This document shows, in pieces, positions 1 to 12,566 of a stretch of DNA of 64,000 nt (positions within the stretch are counted from its first letter, which is position 1; each line of letters begins with the position of its first letter). Origin of the DNA: Botryllus schlosseri (taxonomy: Eukaryota); assembly GCA_051294905.1 (NCBI GenBank), contig CM119373.1, positions 436,001 to 500,000 on the forward strand, written 5' to 3'. Made by a program: the position numbers and the translations under genes. The notes under the pieces are model-generated. The model was not told the origin of the DNA. It saw only the letters and a program-made list of their open reading frames with translations, and searched no databases.

Positions 1-2535
1 AGTGTGATCATCGTTTCCGTTGTAAAAACAAGATTGCTTTTATCGAATACCCCACCGTCAGACGGGTGTATCACTAACGAATTCCCCTACCCTTTTAGAG
101 CTAGTGTAAAAGGCCATAGCTCCCGACCATCATGTTACAATACGAACAACCCTACCAAAAGGAGATGGCACGTAACAGTATCTTGTGGTTGATTAGCTAT
201 TCATAATAATATGAAATCTACATAAATACATACCGTCGGAGTCGTCGAGGGGGTAAAGCTGGTATTGTTGTGGGGTAAGATTTTATTCATCCTCAAATTA
301 CTACATTCTTGTGGTGCTAAACACGATTGCACTAACAACACATACACAGCCCGCAAATAGGTCACTACAAAGTTTCGCTGCACGCAGAACTATTATGCCT
401 TGTATGGAGGTGATCACGAGCCGGTCTTTCCAAATATCTACTCAAAAGTGTTGGACAGACTCGGCGTAGACCCATGGTCACTTATACCCTACACTTTTGC
501 TCGAGGCAATCGCTGGGAATGAGACAGACGAACCCCGTTTTCGATTGTGGTATGTGTGCGTGGAAAAATATAGTACAATTACTGGCATTATATCACACCT
601 CAAAAAGCTTTTGTGTCTCAACTTACCCCATGGGTCATTCAAGGCGACTCACACAGATATTCCTAGTTTATCCTTGACAGCTGTATAGATTACTGCCTAG
701 GTGTGTTTTTATTGATGATTGACAACCGTTAGCTGTCGCTATTGCCCAATTTACATATTTGTTATACAAGGGAGCGGGCAACTTCTTCAGTCGGCGGGCC
801 GGATATAAGAAAATTAGGTACTTGGCGGGCCGAATTGCTGAATCGATACATTATTCGCCCATTGATCCCCCATATACGAGGGATAAATCGTATTTAATCA
901 ATGTATTTTAACGACCGCAATGTCACTGCAAAGCCATATCTCGCCGATAGTAAAGAAGACAATGTGGATTTGAGAACAGCCTTGTTATACAGGCACCGCC
1001 GTGTCTGCTTCTCTCTAATCAATTAGCACACCGTGCAACCCATAAATAAGATTTACAAATTACTGGATTGCTTCGAAACTGCATTTTGGCTCGACAGTTT
1101 TATGGGGACCTACTCTTTATAATTAGGATAGAAAGCGATTTCACGATACCGACATTTCTTTAAAACTACTTCTACTTGAGTATTTCAAAGCTATATTTTG
1201 TGCTTCCATTTGAAGTAAATTAAGCATGTGTTGTAAAGCGCTCCAGCTATCTCGATAACCTCGCCAGAATGCGTAGTCTCGTCTAGATCTGCAGTACCTA
1301 GTACGTTGTGTAACACAGAGAGGGATTGCAGTGGCGACTTGCTTCAGTCGAGTAACGGACGATGCCGATTTCACACACGTTCCAAAGTACATCTTGTGAG
1401 AATGATGTATCAGCACCCCCGTATATTCTCGGTACGACATCGGATCATTTGGCTGTACTAAGGTGGGTAGATCCCGACAGGGACGGTCGAGTGCGATCGA
1501 TTTTATCATGTGATGGTAGCTTGGGTCGCTTTAACTATTCACCAATACATGTTTACACGGGCCCGTATCCACGTAACATCCCGCGCAATGCCATCAGGGT
1601 CATTTTTTCGACTTGACTACCTAAATACTCGACTTTCGTAAACTAGGCCCGCATTTTGCGTAATTCGCGGTGTTTTTTGGAGATTTTGAGCTAACAAGGG
1701 AGCAAATTGACAAGGTACATTTGGTCGAAGTGGGGGTATATCTGGGAAAAGGAGGACATATCCTCCCCTAAATGAGGACGTATGGTAACCCTATTAAAAT
1801 AGGGGGGTCGATGGTGACATCAAATGCATCGTATTGTGTTGCTGTCAACCCTCCCCGAAAACGCGAGTTTTTCCAAACAGGCGGATTGATGACTGACATC
1901 GATTGTGTCACGCTCGATTGATCACAGCTGATTCGCGTACATCACACCACATCGAAGTTGGAAGCGTACCAACGACAAGTCATGAGAGTTGTTGGCGGGT
2001 AAAGTTGTTATCGTTGTGTGATTTTGCCAATATGCTCCTTGTGGTGGCAGATCTAATGACACTAATAACACCTGTACAGACAAACAGAAGTCCGCCAATG
2101 AGTCGATACAAAGTCTCGCTGTACGCAAATTAATGTACGGCGACACTCCCCTTACAGCAGAACTGTTTTGTATGGACGGGGGTGGTCACGATTCGTTTCC
2201 GGACCCGGCGCAGATTTCATCAGTTTTGGTTAAACCCGGGCTGGATGCGACCAAGTGTCTTTGAGAGTCGGATTTATGCTACATTTTACCAGCCTAATAC
2301 ATGGAAATACCAGGACTTTGCGTGCCAGTCAGATTTTTTGGACTTTGATTTTGCAACCCTATAGTCGCAGTGGATTCCGATTTCGAAATCTCCCACTCAT
2401 CTTTACACCTCACCGAAAGCAGGCTATAGATCGCATCACGTATGATCTGTCACAATTCATTCCCATTACTGCACCACCGAAACCGAGCGCGTTTCAGCCA
2501 AATAAGGTCAGTCCACTGATCCCCGATGAAGCGAG

Positions 2536-3661
2536 CAGGGGCGTAGCCAGCCCAGATAAAAAGGGGGTGGAACTGAATAAAGGGGGCAGAATGAGCCTCT
2601 ATGCGTCATACCTTTAGCGATAGCGACTTCTGTATTCCGTACGCTTTTGAAAGCATAACTAATTGGCGGATCTAATTACTGAAAGCGAGTTAGCAATCAA
2701 CAGCGTGCACGGGGATCGTGTTAGCAATCAACAACTTGCACCGGGATCATATTACGATGCGCACGCGCTCATCCCGTGACAGTGCAGGAGATCTTATTTG
2801 TATTCAAATAAGTATCGACCTTGAAACAATACCAGAACAACATTTCACGACGAACAATCTACACAGCGCAGAATCTGGTATATCTTCATGAATTTTGACA
2901 TGATTCAATTCGCGTGTAAGAGTAACGTCTTCTCGGCGTTTTAATTCCAATCATTTCGAACATGGCGCATATACTAATTGTACCGGCGTGTGAATAATGA
3001 CTTATTCGCAAAGCGAGGGAATCTCAAACAAGTTTCGGCGCGGCTATTGAAGGCTGAATGCGTCCCGGTGGGATACCGATCACGAAAGGCATAATCTAGT
3101 ATGACGTATACATGGTCATTGAGGTCAAGACAACGCACAACAATGGCGTCAAAAATAAAATGCGAATCGAATGTATTGTGTCTTCACGCTGTTTTGGGGA
3201 ACAGGCTTGAGTTCGGCAAAACACGAATCAGAAGCGATTGCTTTAAAACATGATTTCATTCAGTTATAAGTTGTTATTTTCATGTTATTAATGTTCGTTA
3301 TCGTTTACAATGAACTGTTGATGAGAAAACCAACGCGTGAACGACGCGACAAATGTTATTATTGCGCGACGAGTGCATTCAGAATAAAGGGATTAAGCTG
3401 ATCGCTAACCCTCGCCAAGATAAAAATGTAACAATGCCCCTTTCACGCTTGCATAGACGCGCTTCCATAGACGAGAGATCGACGAGAAAAAGGCATGTAA
3501 TCAGCGTCGGCGATCGGCGTCGCGCGCAGCAAATTGAAATTAGGCGATAACGTGAAGAAATGTTGTCATAGCAGTAGCGTTGACTTGGGATTTTCTGGAT
3601 AGAATCGAGCCTGGAAGGGGGTAGAACGTTCTTCAATTCTACCCCCCTGTCTACGCCCCTG
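2536..3661. mobile_element. Non-autonomous hAT-type element
   Basis: TIR CAGGGGCGTAG...CTACGCCCCTG; perfect 8-bp TSD GAAGCGAG (2528-2535, 3662-3669). Confidence 0.85.
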
Positions 3662-3834
3662 GAAGCGAGCTACCCCGATTCGTCACTGTATAATTGAATC
3701 TGACATCATACTCGCAGTTACCGAGTTAGAACGGGAAATGCGAGGCTCGAAGGCGTGACGGAGCAATTCTCTGACGGTAACACTCCGCCGAGTCAATATA
3801 TCCGTAGAATGATGCTGCAAATATGTTTTGGAGG

Positions 3835-4060
3835 TGTTGGCATAACACGTGTTGAGGATATGTTACGGCACACGTGAGCACAACTCGTTGTCTGCAGCGA
3901 AATTAGTCGAATTCGAACGACAGTGCGTGGCTGCCGAAGCAATATATCCTTAGTATGATATTGGTGTTGGCATAACAAGTGTTGAGGTTATGTTACGGTA
4001 CACGCGAACACAACTGATTGTCTATAGCGAAATTAGTCGCTCTCGAACGACCAGTGCGTG
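3835..4060. repeat. Diverged local duplication, period ~130 bp
   Basis: tgttggcataac...gaacgac(c)agtgcgtgg occurs at ~3835 and ~3965. Confidence 0.7.
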
Positions 4061-5419
4061 GTGAGCTCGCGATCGATATATATCGTACAGACGGGTAAAG
4101 CATTAGTTCGCCAACTGATCGATTCAAGTTGTACATCATGTACAGCATACAAAATTAATATGCCGCGGTAAATTGTATATCATTTGCAGTCACCGGCATG
4201 ATTACGCTTGACCAGACGTGAAGCAGTAAAAGAACCCATCATAAATACATTGTTTGGTTGGGACTGTGCGTCGTATATGAAGACGCTAGAACGTGGTAAA
4301 GGTGTGGAACAGCAGTTGTTGCTTGCACCAATTACTAGGTACGTAATATCGGAAGTTAACACGTTGATGTAAGCCAAATTGAGAATCAGCTATTTCTTTA
4401 ATTACTTATTATACTCATAATGTTACTTTATTTAAGTTAATCTATGCTGGGGCGCCTAATACACATTTCCACTACACGACATTCCTTGTTGTTCTCGATA
4501 TGACACGCATATTTATAACCATAACAGAACATTTCTCGTTACCGTCTGGGTCGACAACAAATCACAGGGGTCAAGTACGACAATATGTATATGAGACAGA
4601 CAACAAGCGTCACTTTGTACAGTCGAGCCTATTGACATCTAAAACACGCACCAGGATCTCACGGATTAGGAGAAAACTATACTAGCGTCACGACCGGCAA
4701 TTATTCCCATGACCTACCGTACACGAAATTGAATCAACCACGGAACGACAAGTCAACCAGTTTGACGGGCTATTGTTCCCAAGCCACGAAATTGGACCAC
4801 GGAACAACAGGTCAGGGCAGGCAACTATTATCAAGCTCCGTCGTGTACGACCGAAGACAGCTGTAGATCGTGGAAAAATACAGTAAAATTACAATGTATT
4901 ATAATAAATCAATCCAAAGTTTCGTGTCTGGCCAGAGTACAAAGGTCAATCGGGATTCTTTGTTCTTTTTCTCTCTAGCGTTAATTATTCCCCAATTTTG
5001 ATTGCCGCACACAGGGTCATAAAAGTATTGCTGCTAAATTGAGAATCAGATATTTCTTTAATTATCTATTATATTGATAATCTTGGTTTGTTTAAGTAAA
5101 TAGGGTGCATGCGCGAGTTCCGCACATTTCCCTAACTACTGTGCATTGTACTTCGGGTGTACTAGTTATCAAAATGAGCAAGGTAGCACCATAAGATACT
5201 TGGTTCAACTCCGAAACATTTTTTCTCTCGATATTATCGAAGAGAATATTATTATTCGAGTTAGCGTGGTCGATTAAATCCACGACCTCCGACGCAAAAG
5301 AATGGGCATCTTTTATAATTTCCTCCGGACGCAGTTTGAACAGTGGAATTCCACCTTCCGGACATGTTCGGAAAATTCCGGGTGCATTACAATCCTAAAA
5401 TATGCCTAACAGCGCCGGC

Positions 5420-5960
5420 CGTAACCAATTATATATCAATAATCAAGAAAGAGAAATATCATACCGAATAGTAACCGAAGCTATATATTTACAGGATCAA
5501 AAATGTAAAAGGCAAAATGGACCCACAGGAAAAATATGCCAAATAAAGCCAATGCAAACTATGCGGAATAAAGAATGACACGATGAAGCATATGTACGTA
5601 GAATGCCAAATATACAAATAAATCTTTCATTTCATCAGGAACGAACTTGAAGAAAGAATCAGGCACCAATATAGCCAAACAGCAAGCATGCAAAAATATA
5701 TACTCTGGTCCACAATGGATAACCAGCACTGTGGCATAAACAATCACAAAATGTAAAATTTGAATATTCAAAATACATATGGACATTATAATCAATACGT
5801 AACAGCCGAAGAAATATACGATATCAAGGGAACAACAAAAAGATCAAGTTAAATGAAAAATCCAAGGACTGTAATGAGAAACGCCACCGAATATGCAATA
5901 CCAAATATTCCTACAGATGCGCAATATAAATATATGCCTTCAATACTCTACCCGTTAACA
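5420..5960 (+). mobile_element. Degenerate L1/Tx1-like LINE 3' fragment
   Basis: Manual translation gives CKLCGIKNDTMKHMYVEC (CCHC zf-RVT-type motif, ~5553-5607), preceded by NNQEREISYRIV; A-rich plus strand; stops and frameshifts present. Confidence 0.6.
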
Positions 5961-6098
5961 TAAGATATATATATATATATATCTTACAAGCACTTCTGTA
6001 TTTTTTTTTATGTTATGGTACTTGTCGGTTGTACTGATCTTTGAAATAAAAGCACCAAAAGAACTGAGCAGTCCATAGAACAGGAATACATTGCTACC

Positions 6099-7286
6099 CG
6101 GTGGTGTCAAACATAAGGCCCGCGGGCCGCATCCGGCTCGCCAGACGATTTCATTCGGCAATACTGAGTAGATTGAAAAATTCCTATATTTTCCAGTATA
6201 TTTGTTACAAATATTGAGAAATATGGAAAATACTTCCTTGTAAATAGGTCCCCTTATAACCACCTGATTATGGCGCTGTGGTTTCACTCTAGTTACCAGT
6301 ATCAAAAACAAGTCAGTTAAATTGACATCCCATTTCAAGAACGCGTAAAGTGCACACTAAGTTCATAGTTTTATACAGATATGGACCAAAACGTATTTAT
6401 TCGCAGAAGCGAAGACACTAATGCGGAACCATTGCATGCAGTTTACATGGAAAATATATTAGCTGCACAAATATATAATTGAAATATATATGGTCGCACT
6501 GTTGTGTCACTTTCGACCCAATAGATCCCCAGACATGAGAGAACCCGGACTCGCGTTGTAATAATAATAATAATAAATCAAATTCCAAGTTCCAACTAAA
6601 TATCTTGTATTCCTCGCAACGCATATGCAGGCCTAACGTCAGATTAAGACGAAATCAAAGGGGGCATAGAATATGCCAACTTATATCGTCGTTACCCCAG
6701 GGTTATAACCATGTCACAAGGCTCCAAGTCACAAGTCTATCTCACTTTTATAGTTTTGACGCGAGTCAAGTTGAGTCATTTTCAATTCACAACCGAGTCA
6801 TGTCCAAGTCAGCGAGCAGATGGTCGAGTCCGAGTCATATGACTTGGTTCGAGTCATGCGCAATGACTCGAGTCCAAGTCGAGTCAATGCACATATTGAC
6901 TCGAGTCGAATCATTTCCGTATTTTGAGAAAATAACTCGAGTCAAGTCGATTCATCATAAAATCGTGACTGGAGTCAGACTCGTGTCAAGTCATGACTCG
7001 AGTCATTACAACCCTGCGTTACCGCCACTGCTTTTTCAGTTCTGGAATCTATCCAACCGGACAATGCTCGTATTTTGCCAATCGCATTGTTTGCGAATAA
7101 AGGTGTTGTGACTGGCTATTAGAAAATCTTTATTATTCGTGTATTTTCTGTTACAAATGCGTTTGAGGTATTCAAGTGAAAAGCAAGAACACGAGGACAT
7201 TTTGGAATCAGTTGACTGGTCCGGCCCGCGGGCGATTTGAATAGCTTGAATCCGGCCCGCGACGCAATTTGAGTTTGACAACCCTG
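6099..7286. mobile_element. hAT-Charlie-like MITE; related ends at ~768, ~9049, ~24472, ~58080-59363, ~62545
   Basis: Ends GGTGTCAAAC...GTTTGACAACCCTG with GGCCCGCGGGCC subterminal motifs. Confidence 0.65.
6698..7016. mobile_element. hAT MITE rich in GACTCGAGTC, nested in the Charlie-like MITE; related copy near 19182-19640
   Basis: TIR CAGGGTT(A/G)TAA; TSD cgttaccc/cgttaccg (7 of 8 match). Confidence 0.75.
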
Positions 7287-7409
7287 CATATCAATGCTAG
7301 TCAAAAACTAAGCTCCAATAGCTTCATTTACGGTGACTCAGGTCATCCCGAACATCTACACAACGTCTACAACATGTCTACCAAGAACAGCCTACCCCAT
7401 AGCCCATAA

Positions 7410-8404
7410 TTACTTATCTCCTGAATTGTTTACATCATGACAGTCTACATTATGAGAGATGATCGTCCCATGGTTCTCAGTGCCGGTCGTGCGATGCAAA
7501 TGCACATCTCCGCTGACATTGATATTTCTTGTCGAAGTTCCACGGTAGCTCGATTCACTTTGTCCCGAAGTTGACGGATCTGTGACGTCAGGTCGCCAGA
7601 GGTATTTGATACCGTGATTATGCCATCTCGTATTATCTTTAAAGACCTGAAAACTCAATGTGACCTTTCTCGGCTCCATCTCGCTTTCTACCGTGGAGTA
7701 GGATATAAAACTCCCTTGACCCTGGATGACATGGTCCACTGTATGCTCAACCTCGGTCGGAGTAAAAGTGAGTTTATACTGCTCTGAGAATAGTTTACTT
7801 TTTATTGAAGTGGAAGATTTGCAGTAGAAGGTGCTAAAAGAATGAACAGCTACCTCCTTACCAATTTGAGTTTTTATTCTTTCCATACAGGCTTCTTTAG
7901 CTAGTTCATCGTCCAACACTGTGGCAATAGCAAATTGGTCTTTATAGAAACAAACGGTAGGGAATAGGACGTACGATGGAAACAAATAGTTCCACAAAGC
8001 TCCCAATAAATCACTGAAGTGCGTGGTTTGGAATTCAATTTCTCGTGACTGCCCAAGTTGATAGGAGTGGATACTTTTCCAATCTTTCGCATCTTCGTCA
8101 AAATGTAGCACTTCAACAGGTAAGTCTCCCTTATCATCATTGACGCACCATGTCCTCAGTTTAATGGTTGCAGGTACTTTCAAGTCATGCGCTCTGATGT
8201 GTAGAGTGGGCGTGATTCCCACTCTACTGCGAGGCCACGTCTCCGGATTTATGCTAGCTGATGCTGTCACTTGCTGTGTTTGTTCAAAACAGCCCGGTGG
8301 AAATGTGACAGAACATCCACCGATTTTGATTGTTCGACCTTCAGGGCCGACGTATTCTGAAACTTCATTGAAGTGATCTCTTTTACGCACCATATTTTGG
8401 GAAT
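7410..8404 (-). CDS. Large, probably terminal, exon: ZU5 (with HFS motif) + UPA-like domain + low-complexity tail
   Basis: Acceptor ttcctcttttcag|AT (phase 1); VGPEGRTIKIGGCSVTFPPG...ITPTLHI...FQTTHFS is a ZU5 pattern; open for ~330 codons to TAA. Confidence 0.8.
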
Positions 8405-8561
8405 CTGAAAAGAGGAAAGTTTTAAAAAATTTCTGACAGAACATCCACCGATGTTGATTGTTCGACCTGCAGGGCGGACGTATTTTGAAACTTCATTGAA
8501 GTGATCTCTTTTACGCACCATATTTTGGTAATCTGAAAAGAGGAAACTTTTAAAAGTTTTC
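8306..8561. repeat. 128-bp tandem duplication spanning the ZU5 exon splice acceptor
   Basis: 8306-8433 and 8434-8561 are near-identical. Confidence 0.9.
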
Positions 8562-11124
8562 CGACTTACAATACAGGAGTAAAATCCGGAAAATGGTAAA
8601 TTTATTCGAAATTTGTAGATTGTTGACTAAAAAAAGGTAATATTTCCGACTCGACGCCCGAAATACCCACTTTCTATGAATTGAACGCAAAAAGGGGTAT
8701 TTTTGGCTCACTCCCGAAAGACCCACCGGACCGTAACTTCAGTACTGATTTCCTATATCTCAGTTCGATCTTCACATACTTCGAACCAAAATTTTCAAAA
8801 AAGAGGACGTTTGGACGTCCTCCGAGGACACTTTAAAAAAAAATCAAAAAATACGACAAATCCTCTTAAAAGAGGACATATGGTAACAATATTTAAACCT
8901 CACAAGACAAATGTCATCCCGCAGGGAAAAAATATTAGCCAGTAAAGAAATAGCAATTTAAAATTCTGTGCGTCTTTTAGTATAGTACGTTTGGACGATT
9001 TCAATATATTTTGAAGATAGGAGGTCACGAAATACCATCATGTAACGCAGACCTGGGTAAAGTGCGGCCCGCGGGCCAAATGTGACCCGCCGAGCAATTC
9101 TGTGCGGCCCGCGAATGGTTGCTTGGAATACAAAACTTAAAATCTGCTTTTTGAATGTTGATGCGTGGACTAAAACCATAGGTTATATCAACTGATCAGG
9201 AAATTCGTTTACTTTGAAGCCTGTTCATTAATACACCACGATTACGCTGCTTACGTACCTCGCATGCGTAATCCAGATTCAAAATAAATTCAATGTAGCA
9301 AAGTAGCCCATAAGTAGCAATTGAAGTAGCAAGAAATCACTCTTTCCATATGGTTTAGTTCAAACCTTTTCTGTTGCCATTGTCACATTGCGCATTATAC
9401 GGTCTGTGTTTCAAATTGTTACGTGCTGATAGTTTCCAAATCCATAATTCGAAAAACAAGTCAATCAGTGCTAGCGATTACTATATGACTTATCATATCT
9501 ATCACCCATAAAGGAGGAACGGGTATGTCAAAGAAAGGAAGCCGAAAGCTGGGATTCAAAGAAGGTTTAGAGCACTAAATATTTGCTTTCTGGAGTCAGA
9601 GCTAAACCTCTCAGTTGGTGCCCAGCATGTCGCCGAGATTAAGGATTTTAATTAAAGTTGGCCTTATATGACAAAACACGAAGACAGACACTCAGTCAAG
9701 GCAAAATCGAGTACCTGAGTGATTCGATTCTGAATCACGTATTACGCATCGAGTTGAGTATTCGAATATCACTCATTATGACGTCACAACAGAATATACT
9801 ATTTCAAAGTACAAATATGTACGTACATTTTATGCCACGACGAAGAACATAATGCCTGTTATCCGTCACATTAAAGATACTTTGGTATTTTTTCGACCAT
9901 ACCGATTTCATTCCACTTGGTGACAATATTGTGGGATGATCATGACTTCGGAAATGTGCTACGTCCAGTAACCTTCGTAGCTTTGTACAATGTCTCGTAT
10001 CCTGCGCCACGGCCAATCAAGGTTGCAAGACTTCCCCAGTGGAAAATATTATCAAAACTATAATTGTAGTTAGTAAATTAACTTTCAATTGCGAGGAGCG
10101 CACAATTTCAGTACTTGAAAAAGTCGTATTTTACTACTCGACCCAAATCATTAAAATAAATACAAATACTCGATTCAGATTCGAGTACTCGAATCATCGT
10201 GCCCAGCCATAGACAAAGGGAAGGCGAATTTCAGAAAAAACCGCAAGCCTCGCTCATCAACATGCCTGTTTAAGCTGCACAGTGCACATTAGGGCTGTTC
10301 AAAAATAACCTTTTTTCCTTAATCTTGCGGGTTACTTGATTAAATCGTTAGGTTGCCTTAAAAAATGACGCACACCAAATTTGAATTCATTCCAACCAAT
10401 ATTCGCGGATTTCGTAGAGTTTAAAAATTTTAAATTTGCCTAAAAATGCAAAAAAAAAATTTTTTCCAATTTTCCTTCCAACCTTATGAAATTGTTGCGC
10501 TGTCTTCAAAAACGATGCAAAACAAATTTGACTCAATTCCAAGCTGCAGAAGCCGAGTTATTCGAGTTTTTTGATGATAATTCTGGGATGATCCACCAAT
10601 CAATGATAATCCCAAAATTATCAAAGAAAAACTGAAATAACTCCACTTCTACGGCTTCGAATTGAGTCAAATTTGGGGTTAACTTTTATCCTAACAGCCT
10701 ATATTAAATGCTTTAGTAGGTCCATCTGTACTGAAACCACGAGAATGTGAGAAATGCAAAACACAATTAGATCGGCGGAACGAATCTGTGCAGCATAAAT
10801 GTATTCTTTTCCACATATCGAACACAAAAAATACCCCATTTATTCGTATTTTCATAGGATTCTCGTAACATATTGTAATTTGTGAAAATAAGCTTCCTAT
10901 ACCAATTACTGTGATTGAAGTGAATAACAATATAGCAGTAATTCGGTAACAGCAAACCAAGTACACCTAAGCCTACAAAAGACGACAACTTGTAAACACA
11001 GACGAAATAAACAGGCGAGCAATATTTTTGTTTAACAATGCGTATTCAAATCTTCTCGTAGAAATAAATCAATATCGGGATGTGCATTAGTGAAGTTCTT
11101 AGATGCAACTTTTGTTATTAACTC

Positions 11125-11345
11125 AAATTAGCTTGAAGTCATCTGCAGGAAAGTCCTCTTGAACGATCTTGATGTGGACAGATTCGCAATAGGCATCTGG
11201 CAGTAATCAGTCATAATGTGAGCATCTCAACTATCTTGATATTTCTCTTCCATTTATTTGATTTATAGGAGAAACTTTCCACCTCGTTCCTCACTCATAT
11301 TTCTCTTTTTTGGGGGGAAACGATGATACTGAACTTATATGCTCA
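11125..11345 (-). pseudogene. Degenerate Chapaev3-like (CMC) transposase C-terminal remnant
   Basis: Translation MSEERGGKFLL*IK*MEEKYQDS*DAHIMTDYCQM resembles the SDEHGERFHQDI..ME.RYQG.W...M.ADYCW motif; candidate end CACAGTGCAC at ~10278. Confidence 0.55.
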
Positions 11346-12039
11346 TGTTTATAATTGATCCAAGAACGTTCGTGAATATCACCTCTGCGTTATCCCCATG
11401 GCTTCTTTTTTTTGTCGTCTCAACACCAGTCAAGACCTTCGTTGTTTAGCTGATCTCGAATAAAAGACGTTGGTTCACTCTGTATTCGCAATGATATTGA
11501 GGAGTCAGTTTTAATTGATTTTCTACAGCATATACTATTGTCATCTAGATCTTCCACTACATCCTATATCGTAGCATCATTCGAAATCGGATCTGACATG
11601 GACGTAAACCTGCCACTGGAATTTCAGGGTAGTGGGTAATTGGCTGTAAGGCAGAGTCAATGTTAAGAATGTGCTATTTCTTCTTGTTTTTGTTCCAACC
11701 TTACATCTCATTCATGCGAAAATATCAATCATCATGGTGACTTTTTGGCTCGCACAAAACTACGGGGTTACAAATTACATCATTTAGGCTTTACCTGGAG
11801 TCCATAAAGCGCGAATTTTCAGCCTAATGCTGGTGGACCGTTTGCGGTGCCCAGCGTTTATCAATATTACGAACCATCTATTTCTCTCTTTTCCACTCTC
11901 ACCTGCAATATGGAATCGTAGTATGGGGAAGTGCATGCACAACATTTTTATGCAGAATTCGAACCCTTCAAAACCGTCCGATACGGCTTATCTCATCTGT
12001 ACCGTCCTTTACGTACCAAACTATCGCCTTACTACCGTA

Positions 12040-12530
12040 AGCACCGAATTTTGCAAGTTAACAACTATATTGCTTCGAAGTATCAAAAGTCATTCTCAAA
12101 TATTTTTCAAATAGTTTGCCTCCTGTGTTGGATGACTTTTTCATGCCTGCTAAAAATGTCCACTCCCACTTTACGAGATCCTCGTCTAAAGCAAATATCT
12201 ACTTACCCCCACCCGAAAGCAACCTAACTAAGAGATCTGTCGACTACTCGGGACCTATCATCTGGAATACTTTACCACCACATATCCGTGAATTGCCTTA
12301 TAATAGATTCAAAAAAGTCCTACTTGATCACCTCTTGTCGTTACACTAACACTGTTGCCCTACCTCGCCCAGACATTGCTTCATTGATCATTTGCTACCA
12401 TCGTTTATTTTTTTCTGTTATATTTTTCTTAACTACCGTAACATTTTTCACAGTCAGACTGTTCAGAGTCAAGTGTACCTGTTTGATGCTGGTGTGATCA
12501 GACTAGATGACCTTCACGGTCTTATCGATC
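12040..12530 (+). mobile_element. CR1/L2-group LINE 3' fragment
   Basis: LPPVLDDFF...HSHFTR...IYLP...SVDYSGPIIWNTLPPHIRE...FKKVL is the typical ORF2 C-terminus (12116-12349). Confidence 0.75.
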
Positions 12531-12566
12531 ATTCCTATCTAATACCGAATACTGTGCAGTGTGCTG

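Noticed and set aside
1..700. Possible degenerate coding or retroelement fragment
   Set aside because: Stops present and no convincing motif
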